Positions 21,683 through 44,355 are shown, counted from the stretch's first letter. The stretch: DNA of 64,000 bases from the human T2T-CHM13v2.0 reference genome, Homo sapiens (GCF_009914755.1 NC_060947.1), one strand, 5' to 3'. A program made the numbers and translations. The notes: generated by a model not told the origin, from the letters alone.

Positions 21683-22019
21683 TTGGTATAATACATTTTT
21701 AAATTTGCACCGTCTGTTTTTAGAACTTTAGTATCTATGTTTATAAGTGAGAATGGTTTAATTTTTTGCACTGTTTTTATTCCATTTTTGTTATCAAGTT
21801 TTTATTAGCCTCATAAATGAGTTCTTATGTTCTCTGGAATGGTTTATATAACATAGGGAGAATGTATTCCTTGAAAGTTGATAAAAATTGCCTATAAAAT
21901 TAATGGGTCCTGATATCTTTTGAATAAGACAGTTGATTACTTTTGAAAGCTTTCAGTGGTTAATTGATATCTTGAGTCAATTTTTTATAATTTACATTTT
22001 CTTAGAAATTATTTCATCT

Positions 22020-23496
22020 TTGTCAGATGGATAGATTGCAAAAATTTTCTCCCATTCTGTAGGTCCCATTCTGTTCACTCTGACGATAGTTTCTTTTGCT
22101 GTGCAGAAGCTCTTTAGTTTAATTAGATCCCATTTGTCAATTTTGGTTTTGTTGCCATTGCTTTTGGTGTTTTAGTCATGAAGTCTTTGCCCATGCCTAT
22201 GTCATGAATGGTATTGCCTAGGATTTCTTCTAGGGTTTTTATGGTTTCAGGTTTTACTTTTACATCTTTAATTCATCTTGAGTTAATTTTTGTATAAGGT
22301 ATAAGGTATAAGGAAGGGGTCCAGTTTCAGTTTTGCATATGGCTAGCCAGTTTTTTTCCCAGCACTATTTATTAAGTAGGGAATCCTTTCCCTATTGCTT
22401 GTTTTTGTCAGGTTTGTCGAAGATCAGATGGTTGTAGATGTGTGGTGTTATTTCTGAGGCCTCTATTCTGTTCCATTGGGCTATTATCCAGAATCTACAA
22501 GGAACATAAATAAATTTACAAGAAAAAAACAAACAACCCCATCAAAAAGTGGGTGAAGGATATGAACAGACACTTCTCAAAAGAAGACATTTATGCAGCC
22601 AACAGACACATGAAAAAATGCTCATCATCACTGGTCATTAGAGAAATGCAAATCAAAGCCACATGAGATACCATCTCACTCCAGTTAGAATGGCAATCAT
22701 TAAAAAGTAAGGAAACAACAGATGCTGACGAGGCTGTGGAGAAAGGAACGCTTTTACACTGTTGGTGGGAGTGTAAATTAGTTCAACCATTGTGGAAGAC
22801 ACTGTGGCCAGTCCTCAAGGATCTAGAACCAGAAATACCATTTGACCTGCCAGTCCGATTACGGGGTATATACCCAAAGAATTATAAATCATTCTACTAT
22901 AAAGACACATGCACACATATGTTTATTGCAGCACTATTTACAACAGCAAAGACTTGGAACCAACCCAAATGCCCATCAATGATAGACTGGATAAAGAAAA
23001 TGTGGCATATATACACCATGGAATACTATGCAGCCATAAAAAAGAGTGAGTTCATGTCCTTTGCAGGGACATGGATGAAGCTGGAAACCATCATTCTCAG
23101 CAAACTAACACAGGAAGAGAAAACCAAACACTGCATGTTCTTACTCATAAGTGGGAGTTAAACAATGAGAACACATGGACAAAGGGAGGGGAACATCACA
23201 CACCAGGTCTGTCAGGGGGTGGGAGGCAGAGCATTAGGACTAATACCTAATACATGTGGGGCTTAAAACCTAGATGACAGATTGATAGGTGCAGCAAACC
23301 ACCATGGCACATGTATACCTATGTAGCAAACCTGCACGTTCTGCACATGTATCCCAGAACTTAAAGTAAAATTTTAAAAAAAGAAAAGAAAAATTATAAT
23401 AGTAAAAAAAGCAGTGTACATTAAGAAACATGAGAAAATAGCATGATATATGCAACTTAATAATTCATATATGCAACTCAATATGCAATTAAAAAA
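22020..23496 (+). mobile_element. 5'-truncated, 5'-inverted L1PA7-like element with about 100 bp of extra 3' sequence
   Basis: Minus-strand ORF2 piece 22020 to about 22480, plus-strand ORF2 end and 3' UTR from about 22480 to 23393, and a 16-bp TSD AGAAATTATTTCATCT at 22004-22019 and 23497-23512. Confidence 0.9.
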
Positions 23497-23808
23497 AGAA
23501 ATTATTTCATCTGTTCCTAAATATATTATTTATATTCTCTTTATCTTTTAATTTTAGAAAACTCCTTGTTTGTAATGTTATATCTCATTGTTCCTAATAT
23601 TGTTTACTTGTGTGCTTTTCATGTGATTTCCTGTTTTTGTTCAGTATTACTAGAGATATGTTAAATTTATAGATTTTGTAACAGTTTTTATTTTTGTTGA
23701 TCCTATGTAGTTTTCCACTTTATTTTTACAGCTCTTGTCCCCTTTATTCCAACTTATTTGCGATGTTAGTCTTTTTATTTTATTTAGTATTTGTCTTTAT
23801 AAAAGTTT

Positions 23809-23839
23809 TGTGTGTGTGTGTGTGTGAGTGTGTGTGTGT
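23809..23839. repeat. (TG)n microsatellite, interrupted
   Basis: TGTGTGTGTGTGTGTGTGAGTGTGTGTGTGT read directly. Confidence 0.9.
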
Positions 23840-25733
23840 ATGCATATATTTGGAAAAGTCACAGAGTTGTGCACATAGATTGTTTCATAACAAATAACAC
23901 TGTCCTGCCACACCTTCCCCATTCCTGCTCCCCAGAAGCAACCATGTTCATTCTTTTAGCTATTACTTATGATTCACGTATCTTAAAAACATGGCTTATA
24001 TTGCTACTTTTTGCTTGCGAAGTTTTAAACATTATCCATTGATTTCCCAAAACGGAATATTGGTATCTGGGGTTTAGTTACCTCTCACTATTATTCAATC
24101 CCCACTACATTCCCTCATGCCCTATTTTCCTTGTGCCCTGTCCTTCCAGAACAGTTATATGGTTTCTTTGGTTAAATCATAATAATTTAACCATAATTGA
24201 GTCATTATTGGGTCTATATAAACGCTATTTATCTTGAAATATTTTTTCCTGCATAATCTTTTGTTTTCTTGCAGTTGATATCTTTTTGTTTTGTTCGCAA
24301 ATGCTTCCCCCTAAAATTATGCTCCATTGTGTAAATAGCCTCATAATAGAATAATATAATATTGGATTCTATTTTTTTTTCATCTTCTTGAAGAAATCCT
24401 TCTGGAAACTAGTGATTGCTCTCTCCCTAATCTGCAGTTGTCTTTCTGAGATTTCACGTCAGCAGTAATAGGGGGAATTTCCTTCCTTCTTTCTTATATC
24501 AGCCCCCATTACTTGAATCCCATGTTTTCCTCTTTCTTGGTTTACTCCCTCAGTTTCTGGGAGGCAAAAATGGTTGAGATCTTGCATGTTGGGAAAAAAC
24601 TGCCTTTATGCTACCCTCACACTTATTTGATAGTTTAGCTGCTTGTTAAATCCTTGATTGTAATTATTTTCTAAGAATGATGCTGCTCTATTGGTTTTGG
24701 GCTTTCACTGTTGCTGGTTAGAACTCCAATGCTATTCTGACCCTTTTACATTCCTGTTAAACCTTTTCCTTTTCTCCTCTTTGGAAGCTGCAGGATCTCC
24801 AGTGCTCCAAAATTTTATGAAGACATGCCTAGGTTTGAGCCCTTCAATTGATTGATCCATTTAGTTGTGAAACAGGTCTTTCAGATATGGGAAACATTCT
24901 TAAATCATTTCATCCATGACTTCTGCGCTATTTTCTTTGTTCTCTGCATCTCTTTGTCTTTCCTTATGAATTCCTATTATTTAGATGTGAAACCTCAACA
25001 GCTAGCTTATCTTTTATCTCCCATTTTCATAAAGTTGTCTTGTTGCTGTTTTCCAGGAAATTTTTCTCAAAATTACACTCCATTTTATTGAAAACTTTCC
25101 ATGTTTTTATTTCTTTGTTCTTATTGTTGTTTCCTGAATGTGATTTTTTGTAGTTTCCTGTTCTTGTTTCAAGGAAGATTTTTTTTTTAGTTTCCTAGTC
25201 CCATAAAGTCTCTATTTCTTCCATACTAACTGAATATCTGTCATTCCTTTTCTAGCTTCTGGAAGAGAACACAACTTTTTTATTTTCAATTAACGTCTTT
25301 ATTTTCAATCTTTTTCATTTTTAAATAAAAACATTTTAGACTATAAATTTCTCTCTAAACACTGCTTTAGCTGCATGTTACAAGTTTTGAAATGTAGTAT
25401 TTTCATTGTCATTCAGGTCTAAATTTCTATTTTGCAATTTTCATTGTTTCTTATTAAGCATGAGTTAGTTCCAGGAACATTTTTAGGTTTACAAACATTG
25501 TGTTTTTAACCACCTTTTTCTGGTGCTTGATTTCTAATTCAATTTTATTGTGATCAAGGAAGAACATAGTCAATATGATAACACATCTTTTACACTTTTT
25601 AGAAACTTTATTTAAGTCCTATTAAGTGACTAGTTTTTATAAATATTCCATCTATATTTGGAAATAATGTATATTTTATATTTATTGAATGGTAATTAAT
25701 TTTGTTGTTCCTTTGAATAACAAAATTCCTTCT

Positions 25734-26512
25734 TGTAAGAGAAAAAAAACCCTGTTTTTCCTTTCTGCTCTCTACTTTCACACTCAACACATAGCACATG
25801 GACACCAGATTCTCCAGGGGACACCAGCTGTGTGTCCTCCAATTCCATTCTGACACTATTGTCAAATTCCATAGGTTGAGGGCTCAGTCCCACAAGACTG
25901 TCCCCCACTTCAGATGATAGACACAAACCCCAGGTTTGATCTGTACTTTTGACCTATCAGCAGTAAATTGGAGTTCCTATGACTCTCTCCTTGGATCCTA
26001 TCAATTTGCTAGAGCATTGCACAGAGCTCAGGGAAATACTTTACTTATGTTTACCAATTTATTATAAAGGATATTAAAAAGTATACAGATAAACAGCCAG
26101 ATGGAAGAGCTGCACAGGGCAACCATGTGGGAAGGGGAACAGAGTTTTCATCCCCTTTCTGAGCATGCCACACTCCAGGAACTTCCATGTGTTCAGATAT
26201 CTAGAAGCTCTCTGAACCAGCTTCATGTGTAGATATGATTAACTAAATCATTGGTCATTGGTGACCAACTCAACCTTCAGCCCTTCTTCCCTCCCCAGAG
26301 GTTGGGAGGTGGGGCTAAATATCACAACCCTCTAATAATATGTTGGTATTTCCAGTGACTACCCTCCTTCCTGAAGATATTTAGGGGCCCCAGCTACCAG
26401 TCATCTCATTAATATACAAAAGATTCTGATCACTTTAGAGAATCCAAGGGTTTTGGTAGCTGTATGTAAGGAAATAGGGACAAAGACCAAATACATATTT
26501 TGCAATATCACA
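25734..26512 (-). mobile_element. MER21-family LTR
   Basis: Contains GACACCAGCTGTGTGTCCTCCAATTCCATTCTGACACT and GGGCTCAGTCCCACAAGACTGTCCCCCACTTCAGATG; TG...CA ends. Confidence 0.8.
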
Positions 26513-27139
26513 GATTCTACACCCTTAATAATTTTTTATCTTCTTGATCTATCAATTTATAGTAGAGATGATTTTAAATCTCCTATTATGATTGTAGAGT
26601 TTTGTTGTATATCCGTTGAGGCAACGTTGTCAGTTTCATACAAGTTGAAAACAAATACCTTTCTGGTACAATTTTCATTTCATTATATTATTGCTAGTTA
26701 TCTGTCTTTATTACAGTTAACGCTTTTGGCTTCCAATTTTAACTTGACTTATATGAATATAATTTAACACCTTTTTATAGTTAGTATTTGCATGGGTTTT
26801 TATATTTCTGTGGATAATTTTGTGGATAGGTATGTATGTTTATGGGGTATATGAGATGTCTTGATAAGGTACGCAATGCATAAAAATCACATCATGGAAG
26901 ATGGGGTATCCATCCCCACAAGTATTTATCCTTTGTTTTACAATCCAATTATACTCTTTTAGTTATTTTCAAATGTATATCTAAATTATTATTGACTATA
27001 GACACCCTGTTGTGCTAACAAATACTAGGCCTTATCTATTCATTTTAAATATATCTGTACCCGTTAACCATCCCCACTTCCAGCTCAACCCCCCACGAGC
27101 CTTTCCAGCCTCTGGTAAACATCTTTCTACTCTCTCTCT

Positions 27140-27930
27140 CTTTTTAAAAAAATTGTTTTCAACTTTTATTTTCAGTTCAGGGGTACATGTGTAGGTTTGT
27201 TACATAGGTAAGCTTGTGTCATGGGGACTCGTTGTATAGATTATTTCATAACCCAGGTATTAAGCCTAGTATCCATTACTTATTTTTCCTGATCCTCTCC
27301 CTTTGCTCATCCTCCACCCTCCAATAGGCCCTAGTGTGTGTTGTTCCCCTCATCATTTAGCTCCCACTTATAAGCGAGAACATTCAGTATTTGGTTTCCT
27401 GTTCATGAATTAGTTTGCTAAGGATGATGGCCTCCAGTTGCATCCATGTCCCTGCAAAGGATATGATCTCGTACTCTTTTATGGCTGCATAGTATTCCAT
27501 GGTGTATATGTACCATATTTTCTTTATCCAGTCTATCATTCATGGGCATTTAGGTGGATTCCATGTCATGTCTTTGCTTTTGTGAATAGTGCTGCATTGA
27601 ATATTCATGTGCATGTGTCTTTGTAATAGAGTGATTTATATTCCTTTCCATATATACCCAGTAATGGGATTGCTGAGTCAAATGGTAATTCTGTCTTTAG
27701 GTCTTTGAGGAATCACCACACTGTCTTCCACAATGGTGGAACTAATGTACACTCCCTCTAACGGTGTATAAGTGTTCCCTTTTCTCCACAACCTCACCAG
27801 CATCTGTTATTTTTGACTTTTTTAATAACAGTCATTCCGACTGGTGTGAGATGGTATCTCATTGTGGTTTGGATTTGTGTTTCTCTAATGATCAGTGATA
27901 TTGAGCATTTTTTCATGTGACTGCTGGCCA
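27140..27930 (-). mobile_element. Older L1PA (about PA11-16) 3' fragment
   Basis: AGTTCAGGGGTACATGTGTAGGTTTGTTACATAGGTAAGCTTGTGTCATGGGG...CCCAGGTATTAAGCCTAGTA. Confidence 0.85.
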
Positions 27931-28084
27931 TGTTAGGAATAACGCTTAAAATTTTAAGGAAATTGAACACTTGAATAAAGGATTTTTAGTAAAGCAATTT
28001 TACTTTCGTGTAGAGGGGCGTTTTTTGGCCAGTTGCTATGAGAGTATATTTGAACAAAGGGGCATGAGAGTTTTTATTTTTGAC
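27931..28084 (-). mobile_element. Truncated LTR, probably LTR18 (HERV-S/ERVL18), C-depleted on the + strand
   Basis: TGTTAGGAATAACGCTTAAAATTTTAAGGAAATTGAACAC resembles the LTR18 end as I recall it; only about 155 bp is present. Confidence 0.6.
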
Positions 28085-28418
28085 ACAGCATGTGGCCACC
28101 GCCACCTCAGGCCCACAAGGAGTTTTACCAGATTACCTCTGATGTTCCCTCAAGGCCCAAGGGCTCTTTAGTTAGCTTATGGTGAATGCTGCCTGGCCTG
28201 AGACTCACCTTTCAGAGGAGTGGGCTCCTCTTTGACCTGAGCAGGTCCAGAAATGCCATCCAAGAGCCAAGTCCTGGAATTGGGGACCCCAAGAGCCTGG
28301 TTGGTGTTATACCCATCATAGTGTACTCAACATAGTACCTGGGTATCACTGCTGGTCAGGGTCCAAGGGCTCTTCTATTAGTAGGTGATTCATCCTGTCA
28401 GGACTGGGTCCTTCCTTT

Positions 28419-28847
28419 TGTCAGGCCTTTAAGCCATCATAACCCCTGTGACCTGCACGTATACATCCATATGGCCTGAAGTAACTGAAGAACCACAAAA
28501 CAAGTGAAATAGCCAGTTCCTGCCTTAACTGATAACATTCCACCATTGTGATTTGTTCCTGCCCCACCTTAACTGATAAATTGATCTTGTGACATTCCTT
28601 CTCCTGGACAATTAATCTTAGGAGCTCTCCACCAAGCACCTTGTAACCCCTGCCCCTGCCCGCAAGAGAAAACCCCCTTTAACTGTAATTTTCCACTACC
28701 TACCCAAATCCTATAAAACTGCCCTACCCCCATCTCCCTTTGCTGACTCCTTTTTCGGACTCAGTCCACCTGCACTCAAGTGATTAAAAAGCTTTATCGC
28801 TCACACAAAGCCTGTTTGGTGGTCTCTTCACATGGTTGCACGTAACA
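28419..28847 (+). mobile_element. HERV-H solo LTR (LTR7 family, LTR7C/B-like)
   Basis: Starts TGTCAGGCCT, has TATAAAA near 28712 and ATTAAA near 28784, and ends GCTCACACAAAGCCTGTTTGGTGGTCTCTTCAC...TAACA. Perfect 5-bp TSD CCTTT at 28414-28418 and 28848-28852. Confidence 0.93.
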
Positions 28848-30244
28848 CCTTTCAAAGCAGTGGGTTCACTTCTGGCCCAAGGTGTATCTAGAAATGTCCA
28901 GGTGGTAGGGCCTGTAATGGGGGCCTCATGACTCTGATCAATGCCCTATCCTGCTGTGGCTAAGGTGGTATCCAAGAAGCAAGACAAAGTCCTCCCACTC
29001 TCGCCTCTCCTCTCCTCAAGTAGAAGGAGGGGATCTCTTTTTTTTTTTCTTTTGCCTGCTCCTACTTTGCCTTCCACCATGACTGTGGAAGGAGGAGGAT
29101 TGTAGAAGCTGATGCTACCATGATAAGGAGGATGTCTTTTGGAGACACAAGCTGTGCACCCTTGGCTTAGGGAAGGAGTGATACCAGCAATTTCTTAGCT
29201 GCCCCAGATGGTGATTCAGTAGGTGAAGTTCCCGCCCCTGCCACCTGCCACCCGCCACCCAGTTCACTGTCTCTGGGCCCAGTTCAGCCCTGGCACTCAC
29301 CTAGTGTTGCAGTCCTTGTGGCCTAGACTGCCTTTCTAGTTTATTTGGAGCCCCAGAGCACTTTAGTCCATGGTGGGAAGGCTTGCAGAAACTCAAGTTC
29401 CCACTGCGGGGACTGGCTATTCCCCTTTGGCTAGGGCAGGTTTAAATGCATCCTCAGTGGTTGGGCATCAGTTGAGTTTTATCGCATTTTGCTTTCTGCT
29501 TTAACAAAGGCAGCTCGAAAGTTCATCGCCTAAGGATTGCTGGCTGTCCCTCTCCCCAGGGCACAGAAAGTCTTTCTGCACCAAGCCTCCACTGCCAGGG
29601 GATGGGGGAGGAGTGGCGTCAGCAATTCCAAAGGGTTTATTCTACCTCTTCAGTGCCTCTTTCAGCAATATAGAGTTAGAACAAGGTACTGTGAGTGCTT
29701 GCCTGATTTTTGTTTCTTACAAAGGTTTTTTTTTTGTGTAGATAGTTGTTAAATTGGTGTCCTTGCAGAGGGTATAATTGGTGGGGACTTCTATTGTGCC
29801 ATCTTGTTCTACCCTGCATGACGTTTTTCATTCCTTTATTGTCAACATTTCTGGTGGCTTTATTTTTCGATGTGTGTCTTACATACTTGAAGTTTTAAAT
29901 GGCCCACTCTTTTAATAAAGAGTGTAATATGTTACATTTATTTTGATTATTAATATATTTGAAGTTACTTGTGTAATTATTATATGTTCCTTTTCTTATG
30001 CCTTCTGTTGGATAGATAAAATTTTCCATTTGTTGATTTGGAGGCTGCATTTTCTGAGAAAGTTCAGTTATTCAATATCTATATCTTTATCCAACCTTGG
30101 TCCTTAGCTTAGTTTTACTGTCCAATGGGCACACTTGCTCTTGGTTTTGTTTAATGTTTTAATTTTATACCCATTTTAAATATGAAAAGTTGTTATAATT
30201 ATTTTAAATTAATAGTTAAACAAATTTACTAACATATTTATTAT

Positions 30245-33290
<3,046 letters not shown>

Positions 33291-33639
33291 TCTTAGTCTT
33301 TTTTTCTCTTAAATTTCTCTATCTCTCCCCACCAAGCTTAAATGATAAGTTTAGCTGTGTAAAAATGGTAAATTGAGATTTGTTTTTCCCCTCTGAAAAT
33401 GTTACTCCTTTCTCTTTGTCATTAAGCGCTACTGGTGAGAAGTCTTCTCTCAAATTCTTATTAATATGTATATAATGTATTTTGTAGCTATTACTACAGT
33501 CTCTTCATCTCTGAAATTCTACAACTTTACTGTGAAATGCCTAGCTATGTATTTGTTTTAATTTATTATATGAGGTGCTAAGAGTCCTTTTATTCTGCAT
33601 GTTCAAGGTTTTGTTCTATTTAATTTAATTATTATTATT

Positions 33640-35040
33640 TTTAAAAATTTCAACTTTTATTTTGATTCCAGAGGTACATATGCAGATTTGTTACATGGGT
33701 ATATTGCATGATGCTGAGGTTTGGGGTTTACAAATGATCCCATCACCCAGGTAATGAGCATAGTACCCAATAGTCAGCTTTTCAACCCTTGCTCCCCACC
33801 CCCACTCTAGGAGCCTCCATGTCTATTTCTCCCATCCTTATGTCCATGTGTACCCAATGTTTAGCTCTCACTTACAAGTGAGAACATGCAGTATTTGGTT
33901 TTCTTTCTGTGTTAATTAGCTTAGGATATTGGCCTCTAGCTGCATCCATGTTGCTGCAAAAAACATGATTTTGTCCTTTTCATGGCTGCATAGTATTCCA
34001 TGGTGTATATGTACAACATTTTCTTTATCCAGTCCACCATTGATGACCTAGGTTGATGTCACGTCTTTGCTATTGTGAGTAGTGCTGCAATGAACATAGA
34101 CGTGCATGTGTCTTTTTGGTAGAATGATTTATTTTCCTCTAGGTATATATCCAGTAATGCAGTTTCCAGGTTGAATGTCGAATGGTGGTCCTATTTTTAG
34201 TTGTTTCAGGAATCTCCAAATTGCTTTCCACAGTGGCTGAACTAATTTACATTCCCATCAACAGTGTGTAAGCGTTTCCCTTTTTTGCTCTGCAGCCTCA
34301 CCAACATGTTATTTTTTGCCTTGTAAGTAATAACCATTCTAAGTGGTGTGAGATGGTATCTCATTGTGGTTTTGATTTACATTTCTGTGATGATTAATGA
34401 TATGAAGGATTTTTTCATATGTTTGTTGGCTGCTTAGCAAGGATGCCCACTCTCACCACACATATTCAACATAGTTCTAGAAGTTCTTGCTGGGGCAATC
34501 AGGCAAGACAAAGAAATGAAAGGCATACAAACAGGAAAAGAAGTCAAGATCTCTCTCTTCACTGACGATAGGACTCTATACGTAGAAAACCCTAAAGATG
34601 CCACCAAAAGGTCCCTAGAACTGATAAATGACTTCAATAAAGTTTCAGGATACAAAATCTATTTACCAAAATCAGTAGCATTTCTATACACCAATAATGT
34701 TCAAGCTGAGAGCCAAATCAAGAACACGATCCTGTTTAAAATAGCCACACACAAAAATAAAATACCTAGAAATACCTTTAGCCAAGGATTTAAAAGAGCT
34801 CTAGAAGAAGAACTACAAAACACTGCTGAAAGAAATCAGATGACACAAACAAATGGAAAAACATTTCATGCTCATGGGTTGGTAGACTCAATATCATTAA
34901 AATGGCTATACTACCCAAAGCAACCTATGGGTTCAACACTATTCCTATCAAACTAGCAATATTGTTTTTCATAGAATTAGAAAAATCTATTCTATAATTC
35001 ATATGGAACCAAAAAGAGCCCTAATAACCAAAGCAATCTT
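33640..35040 (-). mobile_element. L1PA16/L1PB-like element with an inverted 5' segment
   Basis: Minus-strand 3' end 33640-34434 is joined to a plus-strand RT piece 34436-35040 (KISLFTDD...YVENPKD). Confidence 0.8.
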
Positions 35041-35343
35041 ATTTTACTATTTTTTTAAGAGACAAGATATCATTTTGTTGCCCAGGCTGGAGTACAGTGG
35101 TACAATCATAGCCCCATGGGCCTCAAACTCCTGGCCTCAAGTGATTCTTCTGCCTCATGCTCCTGAGTAGCTGGAACTATAGGCATGCACCAACACACCC
35201 AGCTAATTTATTATTTTTTTTTTTAAGAGATGGGGATCTCACTATATTGCCCAGGCTGTTCTCGAACTCCTGGCCTCAAGAGATACTCCTGCCTCCGCTT
35301 CCCAAGTAGCTGGAATTACAGGCATGAGCCACCAGGCCCAGCA
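35041..35343 (-). mobile_element. AluJ-type SINE
   Basis: GAGACAAG...TTGCCCAGGCTGGAGTACAGTGGTACAATCATAGC, dimeric. Confidence 0.88.
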
Positions 35344-35618
35344 AATTAGGCTTAACTTAATTAAAATAAAATTCTCACTTATTATATCTTCAAATTATTG
35401 TATTTTGCCATTTCCTCCGTTCTCACCCCCTTAAAACAATTTTCTACAAATGTGGAAGCATCTCAGTCTTCTCTTTAATATTTCTCTTTATTTTTATTTC
35501 CCTCTTCCATCCTGCATTCCTCAGGATTATTTCATATAATTCACTAATTTTCTCTATTGGCCTAGTCTTTATTAAATTTCAATTTTTCTGACAAGAGATC
35601 AAATTTCCAACATTCTAA

Positions 35619-42147
<6,529 letters not shown>

Positions 42148-44069
42148 CAAAAATAATTTCTTGTGCAGTAAATTTCTGTTTCAATTATTTGTTTTATCAA
42201 TTTTTTCATAGTCTTAGATTTATTCTTGCATTTTGGAATTTTTGTTTGTAGCCTCAGTTTTCTTTCTTTCTTTTACTCCCGTCTATGCTCCCCCTTTTAT
42301 TTTGGCAGTTTTGTAGTTGCTTACCCTTGTCCCTCTGTACTTTCCATTCAAAGCTAGGTCTAATAATAACTTTTGGGGGGCTTTGTCTCATAGTGATCTT
42401 GAGGACCTGACAGATTCAGTAAAGGCCAGCATGTGGCTTAGTTCAATCCCAGGTTTCAACATGGTATGTCTGTTCTTTTACTTTCCTTGACCTGCAGCAT
42501 TATTCTAGTTTTAGGTTCTTCACTGTAGTTGTCCCAGGAAACATTTGGGGTAATTTCTTTAGGCCCCTTTCAGAGGGGATGAGTTGGGACCTGGTTCCCC
42601 TGACCCATTGCTTTACACTGTGAGTCTGCATCTGTTTTTCGTGTCTTGTATGAATCACTCCAGTCTCCATGGCCATACAGGAGCTAAATTTCTAGCTACT
42701 ATTGCCTGTTCTTGGGTTTCGAGTTCAGCAAGCCTCAGCCCATCTCTGGTTCACAAATATATATCTCTTGTATTTGATCTCAACTACATTCTTTTTTATT
42801 TTTACTTTTTGTATCTTATGCACCATTGTTATGTGTTTAGATCCAAAAGGGTTTTCAAAGCAAGGAATCACTAAGGAATGTTAATTGGAGGTCTGTGTGA
42901 TTCTGATTCTTTTCATCATTTACCCTGGATTTAACATCCATTGTGGCTGCATATAATTGTCTGACTCCAGGTCACATGCCTGTATCAAAACTTCAAGGGA
43001 GCTTAAAAAGTATCTGGCATTTTCAGTTCCCAAAGAGAGAGATAGCTCTGCCTCCCACCAAAACTCACAATTTGTTTATCTACCAGACTTAGAAAGGGTA
43101 TTCAGATTTAGGGCTGCCAAACAAAATAACAATCTACTATATACTATATACCCTGCAAACCTATGAAGCGATATCCTCTATTTGAGCATTACATATATTT
43201 TCTCCTTTCTGTACTAAACCATATAAATACTGAAACATCAACCAGATAAAGTATAATCTCCATGCAATGCAGAGCTGCAGGCTCTACAGATCAACAAGAC
43301 CACATGAAGCAGAGCTTTTTTGTTAAAAGCCCAACTGAAATTCACAATGGCCTGATTTTATACTTTATAATAGCTTTTAATCTGCATTGGTTGGAACTCT
43401 AGAGGCCCATCTGTTCTAACAGAAGACTTTGTCAACTTTATATTTTTATGGCACTACTGTAATTGCAGGTTTTTGTGATATTTGTAGAGTTTGAGCTGAA
43501 AATAATGAGAAAAAATAATCTATAAAAAGGGTTGGGATGCCATCACTTTTTAGCAGTTACCATGTGATCACAGATGCCAGGGACATTTAATGATTTAATT
43601 ATATTGAACTTGAGGTTCTCTTTCCAGTTTCAAAATTTGTAGACTTTTGGTATCATAGATTGTGAGGAAAAGAAAAAAGAATGGGGTTTCCAGATTCCCT
43701 TTCCTCTCCTATGTAAGAAAATATTTCCTTTGCCTTATGCCCACTGGAAAAGATTACCACTCCCTTGTGTCCTATGAGAATCTCCCTTTATAATTTTTTT
43801 ATAAACAAAATGTACTACAAGTCTTCACTTGAACCTTTGTCAATGACTCTGTGCCTTTTCTTCATATGCCAAATGTAAGTGAATATATGGGCCTCTATTC
43901 TTCCCCAAGATCTGTACCTACCTATGTAATGTCAAAGCCTGCAGGTTCTCTGGCAAGATTTTAGAGTTAAAATTCCAACATGATATTTGTTTGCTTCCCA
44001 TACTGATTCTCATTAATAATTAGGGCAACGTCTGACTCCATATAGGAACACTGTGATCATTCTTAACAC

Positions 44070-44355
44070 TTTTTTTTTTTAGACGGAGTCTCACTCTGTC
44101 ACCAGGCTGGAGTGCAGTGGCACAATCTTGGCTCCCTGCAACCTCCGCCTCTTGGTTTAAGTGATTCTCCTGCCTCAGCCTCCCGAGTAGCTGGGAGTAC
44201 AGGTGCCTGCCATCATGCCCAACTAATTTTTGTATTTTTAGTAGAGATGGGGTTTCATCATGTTGGCCAGGATGGTCTTGATTTCTTGACCTCTTGATCC
44301 ACCTGCCTAGGCCTCCCAAAGTGCTGAGATTACAGGCATGAGCCACTGCGCCCAG
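44070..44355 (-). mobile_element. AluSc inserted at the tail of an AluJ
   Basis: Sc diagnostics CTCTGTCACCAGGCTGG and CCAGGATGGTCTTGAT; TSD CTTAACAC at 44062-44069 and 44356-44363. Confidence 0.88.

Larger units (their letters stand above)
26800..29814 (-). mobile_element. L1MA-type element: 3' end (26800-27135) and 5' region (28086-29814) with the interior missing
   Basis: L1MA 3' motif AAATCACATCATGGAAGATGGGGTATCCATCCCC; L1M 5' end CTTCTATTGTGCCATCTTG; degenerate flanking repeat TGCATG..GTTTTT. Confidence 0.6.
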
